NCBI GenBank assembly: GCA_005893305.1
Contig: VBOZ01000017.1
Location: 12,853 to 76,852 of the forward strand
From: Candidatus Eiseniibacteriota bacterium
GTDB lineage: Bacteria; Eisenbacteria; RBG-16-71-46; SZUA-252
Direction of reading: 5' to 3'
DNA length: 64,000 bases
The position numbers and the translations under genes are program-made. Below, in pieces: positions 18,530 to 28,190 of this stretch (position 1 is the first letter of the stretch; each line of letters opens with the position of its first letter). Below the pieces are notes generated by a model. It saw only the letters and a program-made list of their open reading frames with translations. It made no database searches and was not told the DNA's origin.

Positions 18530-19543
18530 ATGACTGTGAAGCTGGCAACGGATCGGCGCGCTGCGCCCTCGGCCAAGGCTCAACCAGAATCCCCGCGGAT
18601 GCGCTCCGCGGAGACTCGCCTGCGCCTCTTCACGGGCAACGCCAACCGGCCGCTCGCGGCGGCGATCTGCGACTACCTGCAGATAGAGATCGGCGACGCC
18701 AGCGTGGACCAGTTCGCGGACGGCGAGACGTTCGTCAAGATCAACGAGAACATCCGAGGCTCCGACATCTTCGTGTTCCAGCCGACGTTCGCGCCGGCGA
18801 CCAATTTGATGGAGCTCCTCGTGATGATCGACGCGGTGCGGCGCGCTTCGGCCCGGCGGGTAACGGCGGTCATTCCGTACTTCGGCTTCCAGCGGCAGGA
18901 CCGGAAGGACCAGCCGCGGGTGCCGATCACGGCCAAGCTGGTGGCGAACTTGATCACGACGGCGGGAGCCGATCGCGTCATGACGATGGATCTCCACTCG
19001 GCGCAGATCCAAGGATTCTTCGACATCCCGTTCGATCATCTCTACGCGGCGCCGGTCCTGGTCGACTATTTCCTGCGCCTCCAGATCCCGAACATGGTGG
19101 TCGTGGCGCCGGACATCGGGAGCGTGAAGATGGCGCGCGCGTACGCGAAGCGGCTCAGCGCGAGCCTCGCCATCGTCGACAAGAGGCGGCCGCGGCCGGA
19201 CGCGGTGGAGATGATGAACGTGATCGGTGAAGTGGACGGGAAGAACGTCGTGATCTTCGACGACATCGTGAGCACGGGCTCGACGCTGATCGAGGCGGCG
19301 CGGGCCCTGAAAGACGCGGGGGCGCTCGAAATCTACGCCGCCGCGACGCACGGCGTGCTCTGCGGCGACGCCAAGCGGCAAATCGACCGCTCGGTGGTGA
19401 AGGAGCTGATCGTCACCGACAGCCTCCCGCACGACCCATCCACCCTCCCGGAGAAGATCCGGGTCCTTTCGGTGGCTGATCTCTTGGGCGAGGCGATCCG
19501 TCGCATCCACGACGAGGAATCGCTCAGCTCGCTGTTTATCTGA
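18530..19543 (+). CDS. prs: ribose-phosphate pyrophosphokinase (PRPP synthetase)
   Basis: LFTGNANRPLAAAI, DGETFVKINENIRG, PYFGFQRQDRK, DLHSAQIQGFFDIP, PRPP-binding VIFDDIVSTGST; GGGAGG RBS 7 nt before ATG 18530 (alternative ATG 18599). Confidence 0.93.
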   Translation: MTVKLATDRRAAPSAKAQPESPRMRSAETRLRLFTGNANRPLAAAICDYLQIEIGDASVDQFADGETFVKINENIRGSDIFVFQPTFAPATNLMELLVMIDAVRRASARRVTAVIPYFGFQRQDRKDQPRVPITAKLVANLITTAGADRVMTMDLHSAQIQGFFDIPFDHLYAAPVLVDYFLRLQIPNMVVVAPDIGSVKMARAYAKRLSASLAIVDKRRPRPDAVEMMNVIGEVDGKNVVIFDDIVSTGSTLIEAARALKDAGALEIYAAATHGVLCGDAKRQIDRSVVKELIVTDSLPHDPSTLPEKIRVLSVADLLGEAIRRIHDEESLSSLFI

Positions 19544-19574
19544 AACGCGGAAGCACAATGGAGGAAGTGGCGAC

Positions 19575-20282
19575 ATGGGCACCCTAGCACTGAAGGGCGA
19601 GCGTCGGAGCGACGTCGGCAAGGGCGTCGCGAGGAAGCTCCGGATGACGGGTCGGATTCCGGCGGTCTACTACGGCCGCGGCGAGGAGCCGATTCCCCTC
19701 GTCGTGAGCTTGAAGGAATTGGAGGAGCTGATCCACTCGGCCGAGGGCTCGAACGTGATCGTCGACCTCCGGGTCGGGGGAGATTCTTCTCCGGAGCGGA
19801 AGGCTCTGATCCGCGAGATTCAGCGAGATCCGGTCGGGGGGACGATCCTTCACCTCGACCTGCAGCACATCTCGCTCACGGAGCGGATCATCGTCGAGGT
19901 TCCGATCGTGCTGCTCGGCACCCCCACCGGCGTGAAGGACGGGGGCGGAATTCTCGAGCACCTGCTCCGCGAAGTGGAGGTCGAGTGTCTTCCGACCGAC
20001 ATCCCGTCGCGCCTGGAAGTGGACGTGAGCGGCCTGAACATCGGCGACTCGCTCCACGTGAGCGACCTCAAGGCGGACCGGATCACCATCAAGACCGACG
20101 CGACACGGGCCATCGCCGCGGTCGTGCCGCCGACGATTCTCGAGGAAGTGAAGCCGGCGGAGGAAGCCGTCGTCACCGAACCCGAGCTCGTGTCGGGCAA
20201 GAAGGACGAGGAAGAGCAGGAGGACGAGGGAGAAGGAAAGGGCAAGAAGCCCGAGGCAGGCAAGGGAGGCAAGGAAGGTTAA
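19575..20282 (+). CDS. rplY: 50S ribosomal protein L25 / general stress protein Ctc
   Basis: L25/Ctc beta-barrel (GKGVARKLRMTGRIPAVYYG ... ILHLDLQHI) plus acidic Lys/Glu-rich C-terminal tail; 235 aa. Confidence 0.9.
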   Translation: MGTLALKGERRSDVGKGVARKLRMTGRIPAVYYGRGEEPIPLVVSLKELEELIHSAEGSNVIVDLRVGGDSSPERKALIREIQRDPVGGTILHLDLQHISLTERIIVEVPIVLLGTPTGVKDGGGILEHLLREVEVECLPTDIPSRLEVDVSGLNIGDSLHVSDLKADRITIKTDATRAIAAVVPPTILEEVKPAEEAVVTEPELVSGKKDEEEQEDEGEGKGKKPEAGKGGKEG

Positions 20283-20286
20283 CGAG

Positions 20287-20892
20287 GTCAAGGTCGTCGT
20301 CGGCCTCGGGAATCCGGGCGCGGAGTACGAGGGCACCCGCCACAACGCCGGGTTTCTGGCGGTGGACGCGCTGTCGAAGCGAGTCGGTCGCTTCGCGGGC
20401 TTCCGCCGGGACGGTGGGTCGCTTCGCGGCGACGGGCGCGCGGGGCGTCACAAGGTGCTCCTGGTCAAGCCTCAGGAGTATATGAATCGAAGCGGAGCGA
20501 CGATCCGCGCGCTTCTCGCGGAGGGGTGGATCGCTTCGGAGATTCTGGTGATCTACGACGACGTGTATCTGCCGTTCGGGACGCTTCGTGTTCGCGCCCG
20601 CGGCGGAACGGCGGGGCATCAAGGGCTCGAGTCGATCTTGGAAGCGACCGGGTCCGAGGAATTTCCGAGGCTTCGTATCGGCGTCGGTCCGGCGCCGCCC
20701 TCGGAAGAGCTCCCGGAGTACGTCCTGGGACGCTTCTCGGAAGAGGAGCGGGCGGGCGTGCCGCGGGTGATCGAGGCGGCGGCCGAGTGCGCGTTCGACG
20801 CGGCCGCAGAAGGTCTGACGCAAGCCATGAACCGTTGGAATCGGTTCGGACGCGATACCACGGAGGAGCGAGGGGACGATGAAACTGTATGA
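20287..20892 (+). CDS. pth: peptidyl-tRNA hydrolase; conserved N-terminus begins at a GTC codon (no canonical start in frame)
   Basis: KVVVGLGNPGAEYEGTRHNAGF (catalytic His) lies upstream of the first canonical start (GTG 20362); in-frame stretch 20152-20361 has no ATG/GTG/TTG; AGGAAGG RBS 8 nt before GTC 20287. Confidence 0.8.
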   Translation, partial: VKVVVGLGNPGAEYEGTRHNAGFLAVDALSKRVGRFAGFRRDGGSLRGDGRAGRHKVLLVKPQEYMNRSGATIRALLAEGWIASEILVIYDDVYLPFGTLRVRARGGTAGHQGLESILEATGSEEFPRLRIGVGPAPPSEELPEYVLGRFSEEERAGVPRVIEAAAECAFDAAAEGLTQAMNRWNRFGRDTTEERGDDETV

Positions 20893-21262
20893 AACGACGG
20901 TGGTCTTCGACCCCGGCCTCGAGGAGGCGCGGGTGAACGAAGAGGTGGAGAGGATCACGCAGCCGATTGCGCAGGCGGGCGGCGAGGTGATCGAAGTGCA
21001 GCGTTGGGGCAAGCGCAAGCTCGCCTACATGATCCGCAAGCGCCGGGACGGCACGTACGTTCACGTCAAGCACAAGAGTCCGCCCGAGCTGATCGCGGAG
21101 ATGGACCGCCGCTTTCGGCTGAACGAGAGCGTGCTCCGGCATCTCACGGTGCTTGCCGTAAAGGAATCGAGGAAGACCCTGGCAGCGGCCGCGGAAGCCG
21201 CGGCGAAGGCCGCCGAGGCAGCCTCGGCGAGCCCGGTCGCGGCAGCGCCGGCGGCGGAGTAG
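20879..21262 (+). CDS. rpsF: 30S ribosomal protein S6
   Basis: MKLYETTVVFDPGLEE...WGKRKLAY S6 signature with Ala/Glu-rich tail. Confidence 0.95.
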   Translation: MKLYETTVVFDPGLEEARVNEEVERITQPIAQAGGEVIEVQRWGKRKLAYMIRKRRDGTYVHVKHKSPPELIAEMDRRFRLNESVLRHLTVLAVKESRKTLAAAAEAAAKAAEAASASPVAAAPAAE

Positions 21263-21315
21263 GGCTTCGGCGCCCGATGACGATTTCCCTGGGACCCGAC
21301 TCTTAGGAGGTATGG

Positions 21316-21558
21316 ATGGCTCGCGAAGGCGAAGCGAGATCGTTTCGACGTAAGTTCTGCAAGCTCTGTTTCGACAAGGTGGACCGGATCGATTACAAGG
21401 ATGACCGGCGGCTTACGCGGTTCATCACCGACCGCGGGAAGATCGTGCCGCGCCGGATCTCGGGCACGTGCGCCCGTCACCAGTCTCAGATTACCGAGGC
21501 CGTGAAGCGCGCCCGCATCCTGGCGCTCCTCCCGTTCACGAGTGAGCAATACCGCTGA
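21316..21558 (+). CDS. rpsR: 30S ribosomal protein S18
   Basis: FRRKFCKLC...IDYKD...[25 protein letters not shown]18 signature; 80 aa. Confidence 0.95.
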   Translation: MAREGEARSFRRKFCKLCFDKVDRIDYKDDRRLTRFITDRGKIVPRRISGTCARHQSQITEAVKRARILALLPFTSEQYR

Positions 21559-22537
21559 CGCCGGCCGGCCGGCCGCCCTCCTCGAGGGCGCCCGCGCCGT
21601 CGGCGTTCTGCTGCTCGGCGCGGGGCTGATCGCGGCCGCTTCGAGCGATGTACCGGCCCCGATCCCCTGGGCGTACGGCCTTCTTCCGGTCGGCATCCTC
21701 TGGCTCGCGCGGCGCGTGGGATTGCTCCTCGGAGCGCTCGCGGCAACGGCGACCCTGGGGGCGGTCTACTCCGCGGGGCTCCGCGAGCCGTCGCAGCTCT
21801 TCTTCGTGGCCGTGCTGGCGGGATCGGGATTGTGTCTCGCTTCCTGCGCGCGCCGCGGAGTGGGCGCCTCGACGACGCTCGTGCTCTCCGCGACGCCGGT
21901 GCTGGCCGTGGGAGCCGCGTATCTCATCTTCGGCGGGCTGGACGAGCTGAGCCGCCTTCTCGCGCTCCGGATCGAGGAGTTGCGCCGCCTCGAGAGCGAG
22001 CACCGGGTGTCGCAGGCGCTCGGTCTCTCGGCCGCCGATTTCGAGCTGGCGCTCGAAAAGACCGGGAAGATCTGGACTCTGCTTCTGCCGTCGCTGTTTG
22101 CCTTGAAGTGGGTCCTGGTCATGGCGATCAACTGCTGGCTCGCGTCGGTGCTGTTCCAGGACGAGGAGGGGTTCCCGTCCTTCGCGGAGTTCTCCACGTG
22201 GAGGGTCCATCGCGCGGGGGCCTGGGCGGTGGCGTTGGCGCTGGTCCTGATCGTGACGCAGGTGAAGCCGGCGGTGGAAGCCGGGGTGAACCTCGCCTTT
22301 CCGCTCGCGGTGGCGTACACCATCCAGGGCTTCGCGGTCGCGCGGTTCATGTCGATCGCGTTCGAGCTTCGTGGGATCATTCAGGCGGCGATCCTGATTT
22401 TGATCGTTCTCATGCCGATTCTCCTGGTCGTGTTTTTGGGGATCGGCTTTTTCGACGCGTGGTACGATTTCCGCCGCCGCGCCGTGCTGGGCCCCTCGGG
22501 CTCGCTCGGCGACGGTAGTGGCGGCGACGAAGGCTAG
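21542..22537 (+). CDS. polytopic membrane protein, DUF2232/YybS-like (start uncertain)
   Basis: ~10 predicted TM helices; position between rpsR and rplI matches B. subtilis yybS; start overlaps rpsR by 17 nt so may lie downstream. Confidence 0.5.
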   Translation: MSNTADAGRPAALLEGARAVGVLLLGAGLIAAASSDVPAPIPWAYGLLPVGILWLARRVGLLLGALAATATLGAVYSAGLREPSQLFFVAVLAGSGLCLASCARRGVGASTTLVLSATPVLAVGAAYLIFGGLDELSRLLALRIEELRRLESEHRVSQALGLSAADFELALEKTGKIWTLLLPSLFALKWVLVMAINCWLASVLFQDEEGFPSFAEFSTWRVHRAGAWAVALALVLIVTQVKPAVEAGVNLAFPLAVAYTIQGFAVARFMSIAFELRGIIQAAILILIVLMPILLVVFLGIGFFDAWYDFRRRAVLGPSGSLGDGSGGDEG

Positions 22538-22550
22538 AGAGGGAGGAACG

Positions 22551-22994
22551 ATGGAGATCATTCTGCTCGAGGACATCACGGGGCTGGGGAAGCGCGGAGC
22601 GGCCGTGCGCGTCGCCGACGGCTATGCCCGAAACTATCTGCTGCCGCGCAAGAAGGCGATCGCGGCGACCGGAAACTCGCAGGCCGTGTTCCGGGATCGG
22701 GAGCGGGCGCGGGTTTCCCTGGAACAGAAGCAGCGTCAGTCGGCGGAGACCCTTCGCGATCGACTGGCCGGCGTCTCGCTCCAGTTCAGCGCCCAGGTGG
22801 GCGAGGAGGACCAGCTCTACGGGTCGATCACGGTGGTCGACATCCAGGACGCGCTCAAGGCCCAGGGCTACGACGTGGAGCGAAAGAATATCCGGCTGGC
22901 GGAACCGCTGAAGGCGCTCGGGGTGTTCGAGGTGCCGGTTCATCTATTCCAGGACGTCGAGGCGCCCGTGAAAGTGTGGGTTGTGCGGAAATGA
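22551..22994 (+). CDS. rplI: 50S ribosomal protein L9
   Basis: MEIILLEDITGLGKRG...VADGYARNYLLP L9 N-domain; GGGAGG RBS 5 nt upstream. Confidence 0.95.
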   Translation: MEIILLEDITGLGKRGAAVRVADGYARNYLLPRKKAIAATGNSQAVFRDRERARVSLEQKQRQSAETLRDRLAGVSLQFSAQVGEEDQLYGSITVVDIQDALKAQGYDVERKNIRLAEPLKALGVFEVPVHLFQDVEAPVKVWVVRK

Positions 22995-24334
22995 TTCGAC
23001 AGGTTAAATCGAACGGACGCCCGCCCCGCTCCCTGGCGCCGCTCCTGCTCGCGCTCCTCTCGCTCTCCGCCTCGTTTCTGATCGGGTGTTCCGGCGGCCC
23101 GAAGCCGGCCCAAGGCACGGGCGCCGCCTCGCGTCCCGGCGCAGCCGGGAAGGCAAAGGTCTGGCGGCCGGCCGGGCACGATACGCTCGGGCCGACCCTC
23201 GCGATCGTGGGCGGCAGAAGGATCACCCGCCACGACGTGGACTCCCTGATCGCCACCGCGCCGCCGTCGGCTCAGAGCCAGCTGCGCGATCCGGACGGAT
23301 ATCGTGACGTGGTCAAGCGGATGGTCGTCCAGGAAGCGGTGTACAACGCCGCGGTGCGCGCCGGCCTCGAGCGGGACTCATCCTACCTGGCGCAGGTCAA
23401 GCTCAGCTCGCGCGACCTCCTCATGCGACGGTTCTACGAGATGAAGATCCAGGCCCTCCCCGCGATCGAGGACTCGGGGCTCAAGACGTACTACGAGGCG
23501 CATCAGCAGGAATTCGCGATCCATGCCCGCGCAAAGGTCCGCCACATCGTCGTGCCGACCCGGGCGAAGGCGCTGGAGATCCGGCGGGCGCTCGAGAAGG
23601 GGGCCCTCTGGGATCAGACCTGCGCGAAGTACTCGACCGACAAGGCCACCAAGGGCGACGGCGGGCTCATCGGCTGGGTCGCCAAGGACAGCGATCTCGT
23701 GCCCGGAATCGGGAAGGCGCCCGCGATCGTGGCCGCGGCCTACTCCCTCCCGATCGACCAGATCAGTCAGCCGCTCCAGGGCGTGTCCGGCTGGCACTTG
23801 ATCCGGGTCGAGACGCGCGAAGACGAAACCGTCCAGCCGTTCGAGGCGACGAAATCGCGAATCGCGACGCGCCTCAAGTCGGAGCAGCGGGAGAAGTACG
23901 GGAAGACGTTCACCGACTCGCTCCTCCAGTCCAGCGCGACCATCTTCGACGACTCGATCAAGGTCGCCCTGAAGCCGAGCAAGACCGCGGAGGACTATTT
24001 CAAGGAGGCGCAGGCCGCGGTGACCCCGCTTCAGCGGATCGAGCTCTACAAGGAGCTCGTGAAGCGCTATCCCGACGAGAAGGTCTCGATCCAGGCGCAG
24101 TTCATGATCGGCTTCACGTACGCGGAGGAGATGGGGGAATACGACCTCGCCCGCAGGGAGTTCGAAGAGTTCCTCCGGGTCCATCCCGACTCGGAGCTCG
24201 CCGGGTCCGCGAAGTGGATGATCGAGAACATGGGATTGCCCGGCCCCGATTTGAAAGATGACGACTCCGGGGGCGAGGGCGGCACGTCGGCCGGCCCCGA
24301 CTCGGGGAGGGCGGGACCGGGAGGATCGAAGTAG
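22991..24334 (+). CDS. lipoprotein peptidyl-prolyl cis-trans isomerase (parvulin/PpiC domain, SurA/PrsA-like) with C-terminal TPR-like region
   Basis: Lipobox LIGC after signal peptide; parvulin core HIVVPT...GGLIGWV...VSGWHLIRV; C-terminal YbgF-like TPR segment. Confidence 0.7.
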   Translation: MIRQVKSNGRPPRSLAPLLLALLSLSASFLIGCSGGPKPAQGTGAASRPGAAGKAKVWRPAGHDTLGPTLAIVGGRRITRHDVDSLIATAPPSAQSQLRDPDGYRDVVKRMVVQEAVYNAAVRAGLERDSSYLAQVKLSSRDLLMRRFYEMKIQALPAIEDSGLKTYYEAHQQEFAIHARAKVRHIVVPTRAKALEIRRALEKGALWDQTCAKYSTDKATKGDGGLIGWVAKDSDLVPGIGKAPAIVAAAYSLPIDQISQPLQGVSGWHLIRVETREDETVQPFEATKSRIATRLKSEQREKYGKTFTDSLLQSSATIFDDSIKVALKPSKTAEDYFKEAQAAVTPLQRIELYKELVKRYPDEKVSIQAQFMIGFTYAEEMGEYDLARREFEEFLRVHPDSELAGSAKWMIENMGLPGPDLKDDDSGGEGGTSAGPDSGRAGPGGSK

Positions 24335-24339
24335 CCGCC

Positions 24340-24855
24340 ATGAGCATGATCCCCGTTCGGGTGGGCGGTCTCGCCATCGACGAGCGATCGAAAAGCCCTG
24401 TGGTCATACTTCAAGAGATTGAAGGCACGCGGGTGCTCCCCATCTGGATCGGACCGAACGAGGCGACCGCGATTCACATGGAGCTGGTGGGGAAACGGTA
24501 TCAGCGGCCGCTCACGCACGATCTCCTGGTCAACGTCATCGAATCCCTGAAAGGGAAGGTCTCGCGCGTGGTGATCACCGACCTCAAGGACACGACCTTC
24601 TTCGCCAACATCTACCTGGATGGGGGCTCGGGCGCGGTCCCAGTCGATGCCAGGCCCAGCGATTCGATCGCGGTCGCGCTCCGCACGCGGGTCCCGATCT
24701 TCGTCGTGGACGAGGTCTTCAAGAAGTCGGCGCGCCAGCCCGGTACGGCGACGCCCGCCGAGAAGTCCCCCGAGGAGAAGGCGGAGGAGCTGCGCCGCTA
24801 CCTCGAGGAGATGAACCCCGAGGACTTCGGGAAGTGGAATCCCGAAGATCTCTAG
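24340..24855 (+). CDS. bifunctional nuclease family protein (BFN/DUF151)
   Basis: Domain pattern ...PVVILQE..RVLPIWIGPNEATAI...DLLVNVIESL..., 171 aa with acidic tail. Confidence 0.55.
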   Translation: MSMIPVRVGGLAIDERSKSPVVILQEIEGTRVLPIWIGPNEATAIHMELVGKRYQRPLTHDLLVNVIESLKGKVSRVVITDLKDTTFFANIYLDGGSGAVPVDARPSDSIAVALRTRVPIFVVDEVFKKSARQPGTATPAEKSPEEKAEELRRYLEEMNPEDFGKWNPEDL

Positions 24856-24880
24856 CCGGCGAGATCCTCCCATCGCGGCC

Positions 24881-25402
24881 GTGATCGCCCCGCTCCGCGG
24901 GCGGGCTCCGGTCGTCCCCGCGTCCGCCTTCATCGCGCCCACCGCCGTCGTGGTGGGCGACGTCATTTTGGGGGAGGAGTCGTCGGTATGGTATGGATCG
25001 GTCCTCCGCGGGGACGTCGGACCGATCCGAGTCGGGGCTCGAACGAACATCCAGGACGGCTGCATCCTCCACGTAACAGGCGGGCGCTCCGGGCTCACCG
25101 TCGGGAGCGAGGTCACGGCCGGCCATCGCGCGATTCTCCACGGCGCGACGATCCGCGACCGCTGTCTCATCGGAATGGGGGCGATCGTGCTCGATGATTG
25201 CGAGATCGGGGAGGAGTCGCTCGTCGCCGCGGGGTGCGTCGTGCTGGAAGGAACGATCGTGCCGCCCCGCTCCTTTGTAGCCGGCGTGCCGGGCGTTATC
25301 CGGGGCGCCATTCCGCCCGCCATTCACGCGCGGCTGCGCGAATCCGCTCGCCACTACGTCGAGCTGGCCCGCGAGCACGCGGCCCTCCATGCGGCGCGCT
25401 GA
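24881..25402 (+). CDS. gamma-class carbonic anhydrase family protein (left-handed beta-helix, YrdA/PaaY-like)
   Basis: AFIAPTAVVVGDVILGEESSVWYGSVLRGD, NIQDGCILH hexapeptide repeats with metal-binding His pattern. Confidence 0.75.
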   Translation: MIAPLRGRAPVVPASAFIAPTAVVVGDVILGEESSVWYGSVLRGDVGPIRVGARTNIQDGCILHVTGGRSGLTVGSEVTAGHRAILHGATIRDRCLIGMGAIVLDDCEIGEESLVAAGCVVLEGTIVPPRSFVAGVPGVIRGAIPPAIHARLRESARHYVELAREHAALHAAR

Positions 25403-26879
25403 CCGGTTCCGCGCCCTGGCGGCGACGGGCGGCTTCGTTGGCGCGGCGGCCCTCCTTGCCTCGCTCTGCGGCGGGGCGTCCGCTCCCGCCTCTCCGCCCG
25501 CTCCGAAAGCGGCGGCGCCCGCCACGGCTGCGCCCACCGCGACGGCGCCCACGACGATCGTCGACCGCCACTATCCCTCGAACCGCGCCGGGGAGCTCAA
25601 GGCGCGGCTCCTCGAGCGCCCCAAGGATTCCGCCGCCGCGGCCTGGGCCCTCGAGTACGCGTCGTCGCCGGAGGTTGCGAGGCTCGACCCGATGACCCGC
25701 GCGGCGGAGCGCGCCTGGGCCGCGCGCCTGGGCCTCGCCGCGGCCCCGACCGACTCAGCCAGGAAAGTGCTTCAGGACATCGTCGACTCGATGGAGAATT
25801 GCCCACTCGATTCGGTCGCCATCAAGCGGGCCGCCCAGGGGCTCACGCGGATCGGGATCGTCGTTCCGCTCTCGGGTCGCTACGAGCGCTTTGGGAAGAC
25901 CTTCGTGAACGGCCTCCGCGTCGCGATGGAAGAGCACAACCGCGATTGGTCCCCGACGCTCAACCTGATCCTCCACGATTCCGAGGCCGATCCCCTCGTG
26001 GGCGCCCGAAAATCGCGATGGCTGCTCAAGGATCACGGCGTGTCGCTCCTGGTCGGCGAGATCTTCAGCGCCAACACCGCGCCGCTCGCCGCCGCGACCC
26101 AGGTCCTGGGCGCCATCCTGATCTCGCCTTCGGCCACGAACGAGCGCCTCGCGATCCTCGGCGACGGGGTCTTCCAGCTCCACATCGGTCCCGCCGCCAC
26201 GGCGGCGGCGCTCGCCCGGCAGATGGCCGGCGAGTCGCCGCACTCCACGATCGCGATCCTCGCGGCCCGGACGCCGGACGACTCCGCCCAGACGATCGCC
26301 GTCGTGAAGGCGTGCGATTTCTCGGCGGTCCGCGTGCTCGGGACCCGGTGGGTGAAGGAGGAAACCGCCGATTTCACGAAGCCGCTCCAGGCGCTGAAGA
26401 GCAAACGCCCCACGGCGCTCGTCCTGATCGGACCTCCACGGATGGTCGGGAACGTGGGGGCGCAGATTCGCACCGCCTGGCCCGACGCGCGCATCCTGGG
26501 CTTCCAGTCGCTCGATCCGGAGGGATTGAACGAGGAGGCGCGCGCCGGCCTGGAGGGAGCCACGATCTTCATGGACGATTACGCGCTGGAGGGCGCCCCG
26601 CGGGATTCGTTCCAGACGCGATACATCCACGTGTTCCGGGAGCCGCCCACGCGCATGTCGGTCCGGGGATACCTCACCGGCCTCGCCATCGATCGGGCGA
26701 TCGAGGCGGGGTGCGTGACCGCGTCCCAGCTTCGGGAGGCCCTTCGGAGCCAGGTCTATGAGACGCCGGAGGGGCGCAAGCTGCGCGCGCTCCGCCCGGT
26801 CGTGCCCGCCTTCCCGGAGCGCCTCGTGATCCGCGCAGGGAAGGCCGTCCCCTTCCAAGACGCGCCGGTTGAGCCTTGA
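25389..26879 (+). CDS. periplasmic binding protein type I (Leu/Ile/Val-binding family-like) with ~130-aa N-terminal extension; secreted
   Basis: Signal peptide with AxA site; PBP1/ANF-receptor-like core (IGIVVPLSGRYERFGKTFVNG...); precedes bona fide livKHMGF. Confidence 0.5.
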   Translation: MRRADRFRALAATGGFVGAAALLASLCGGASAPASPPAPKAAAPATAAPTATAPTTIVDRHYPSNRAGELKARLLERPKDSAAAAWALEYASSPEVARLDPMTRAAERAWAARLGLAAAPTDSARKVLQDIVDSMENCPLDSVAIKRAAQGLTRIGIVVPLSGRYERFGKTFVNGLRVAMEEHNRDWSPTLNLILHDSEADPLVGARKSRWLLKDHGVSLLVGEIFSANTAPLAAATQVLGAILISPSATNERLAILGDGVFQLHIGPAATAAALARQMAGESPHSTIAILAARTPDDSAQTIAVVKACDFSAVRVLGTRWVKEETADFTKPLQALKSKRPTALVLIGPPRMVGNVGAQIRTAWPDARILGFQSLDPEGLNEEARAGLEGATIFMDDYALEGAPRDSFQTRYIHVFREPPTRMSVRGYLTGLAIDRAIEAGCVTASQLREALRSQVYETPEGRKLRALRPVVPAFPERLVIRAGKAVPFQDAPVEP

Positions 26880-26968
26880 ATCCGGCAGGTCGTTCGGCTA
26901 GGGTGGCCCCCTAGGATTCGCAGGAAAGTCCTATGGATTGCAAACACTTACGCCATGGAGGCTCGAAG

Positions 26969-28162
26969 ATGATCCGGCTTCGGACATCCCTGCGGCCCGC
27001 CGTCGTGCTCGCGCTCGCCGCGGCGACGGTTCTGGGCTGCGCCAAGCGAGAGAACGAGATCGTCATCGGAGAGTACGGCTCGCTGACCGGCAGCACGGCG
27101 ACCTTTGGCGTCTCGACCAAGAACGGGATCGAGCTCTACGTCGACAACGTAAACGCCGCGGGCGGCGTGGGAGGAGCCAAGCTCCACGTCATTGTCGAGG
27201 ACGATCAGTCGAAGCCCGAGGAGGCGGCCACGGCCGTGAACAAGCTGGTCGACCAGGACGGCGTCGTCGCGGTCCTGGGGGAGGTGGCCTCGAGCCGCAG
27301 CATGGCGGCGGCCCCGATCTGCCAGCAGGCGGGCGTTCCGATGATCACGCCCTCGTCCACGAACCCCAAGGTGACCGAGCTGGGCGACTACATCTTCCGC
27401 GTCTGCTTCATCGATCCATTCCAGGGACAGATGATCGCGAAATTCGCCAAGAGCACGCGCGGGCTGACCAAGGCCGCGGTCTTCCGCGACAACAAGAACG
27501 ACTACTCGGTCGGGCTCGCGAACTACTTCTCCGAGGCATTCCACGCGATGGGCGGGGCCATCGTCGCCGACGAGGCCTACTCCGAAGGGGACCAGGACTT
27601 CCGAGCACAGCTCACCGTCATCAAGGCGAAGCATCCGCAGTTCATCATGGTCCCCGGCTACTACACCGAGGTCGGGCTGATCGCGCGGCAAGCCCGCGAG
27701 CTGGGGATCACCGTGCCGCTCCTGGGTGGAGACGGCTGGGTGTCGGATCGTCTGCTCGAGATCGCGCAGGATGCGCTGAACGGTTCCTACTTCGTGAATC
27801 ACTACTGGGTGGAGGATCCCAACCCGGCGATCCAGAAGTTCGTGACGGAGTACCGCGCGCGCTACAACGCCACCCCGGACGGCCTCGCCGCGCTCGGCTA
27901 TGACGCCGCGGGCGTGCTCACGAGCGCGCTCGAGCGGCTTCGCCAGGAGGATCCGGCCGGGTTCAAGGCCCTGTGCGGGCCGCGGAGCGACAAGCAGAAG
28001 CCGGCCCGCGCCAAGCTCCGCGACATGATCGCGTCGACGAAGGACTTCCCGGGCGTGACGGGGCGGATCTCCCTCGACGCTTCGCGGAACGCGGTCAAGC
28101 CCGCCGTGTTCCTCGGGATCGAGAACCGAGCGTACAAGTACGTCGCGGCGGTCGAGCCCTAG
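26969..28162 (+). CDS. livK: branched-chain amino acid ABC transporter substrate-binding lipoprotein (LivK/LivJ)
   Basis: Signal + lipobox (VLGCAK); IVIGEYGSLTGSTATFG, GGVGGAKLHVIVEDDQSKPE LivJ/K family motifs. Confidence 0.85.
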   Translation: MIRLRTSLRPAVVLALAAATVLGCAKRENEIVIGEYGSLTGSTATFGVSTKNGIELYVDNVNAAGGVGGAKLHVIVEDDQSKPEEAATAVNKLVDQDGVVAVLGEVASSRSMAAAPICQQAGVPMITPSSTNPKVTELGDYIFRVCFIDPFQGQMIAKFAKSTRGLTKAAVFRDNKNDYSVGLANYFSEAFHAMGGAIVADEAYSEGDQDFRAQLTVIKAKHPQFIMVPGYYTEVGLIARQARELGITVPLLGGDGWVSDRLLEIAQDALNGSYFVNHYWVEDPNPAIQKFVTEYRARYNATPDGLAALGYDAAGVLTSALERLRQEDPAGFKALCGPRSDKQKPARAKLRDMIASTKDFPGVTGRISLDASRNAVKPAVFLGIENRAYKYVAAVEP

Positions 28163-28190
28163 ACCGCCGCGGCGATATCCCAGCCCCCAC

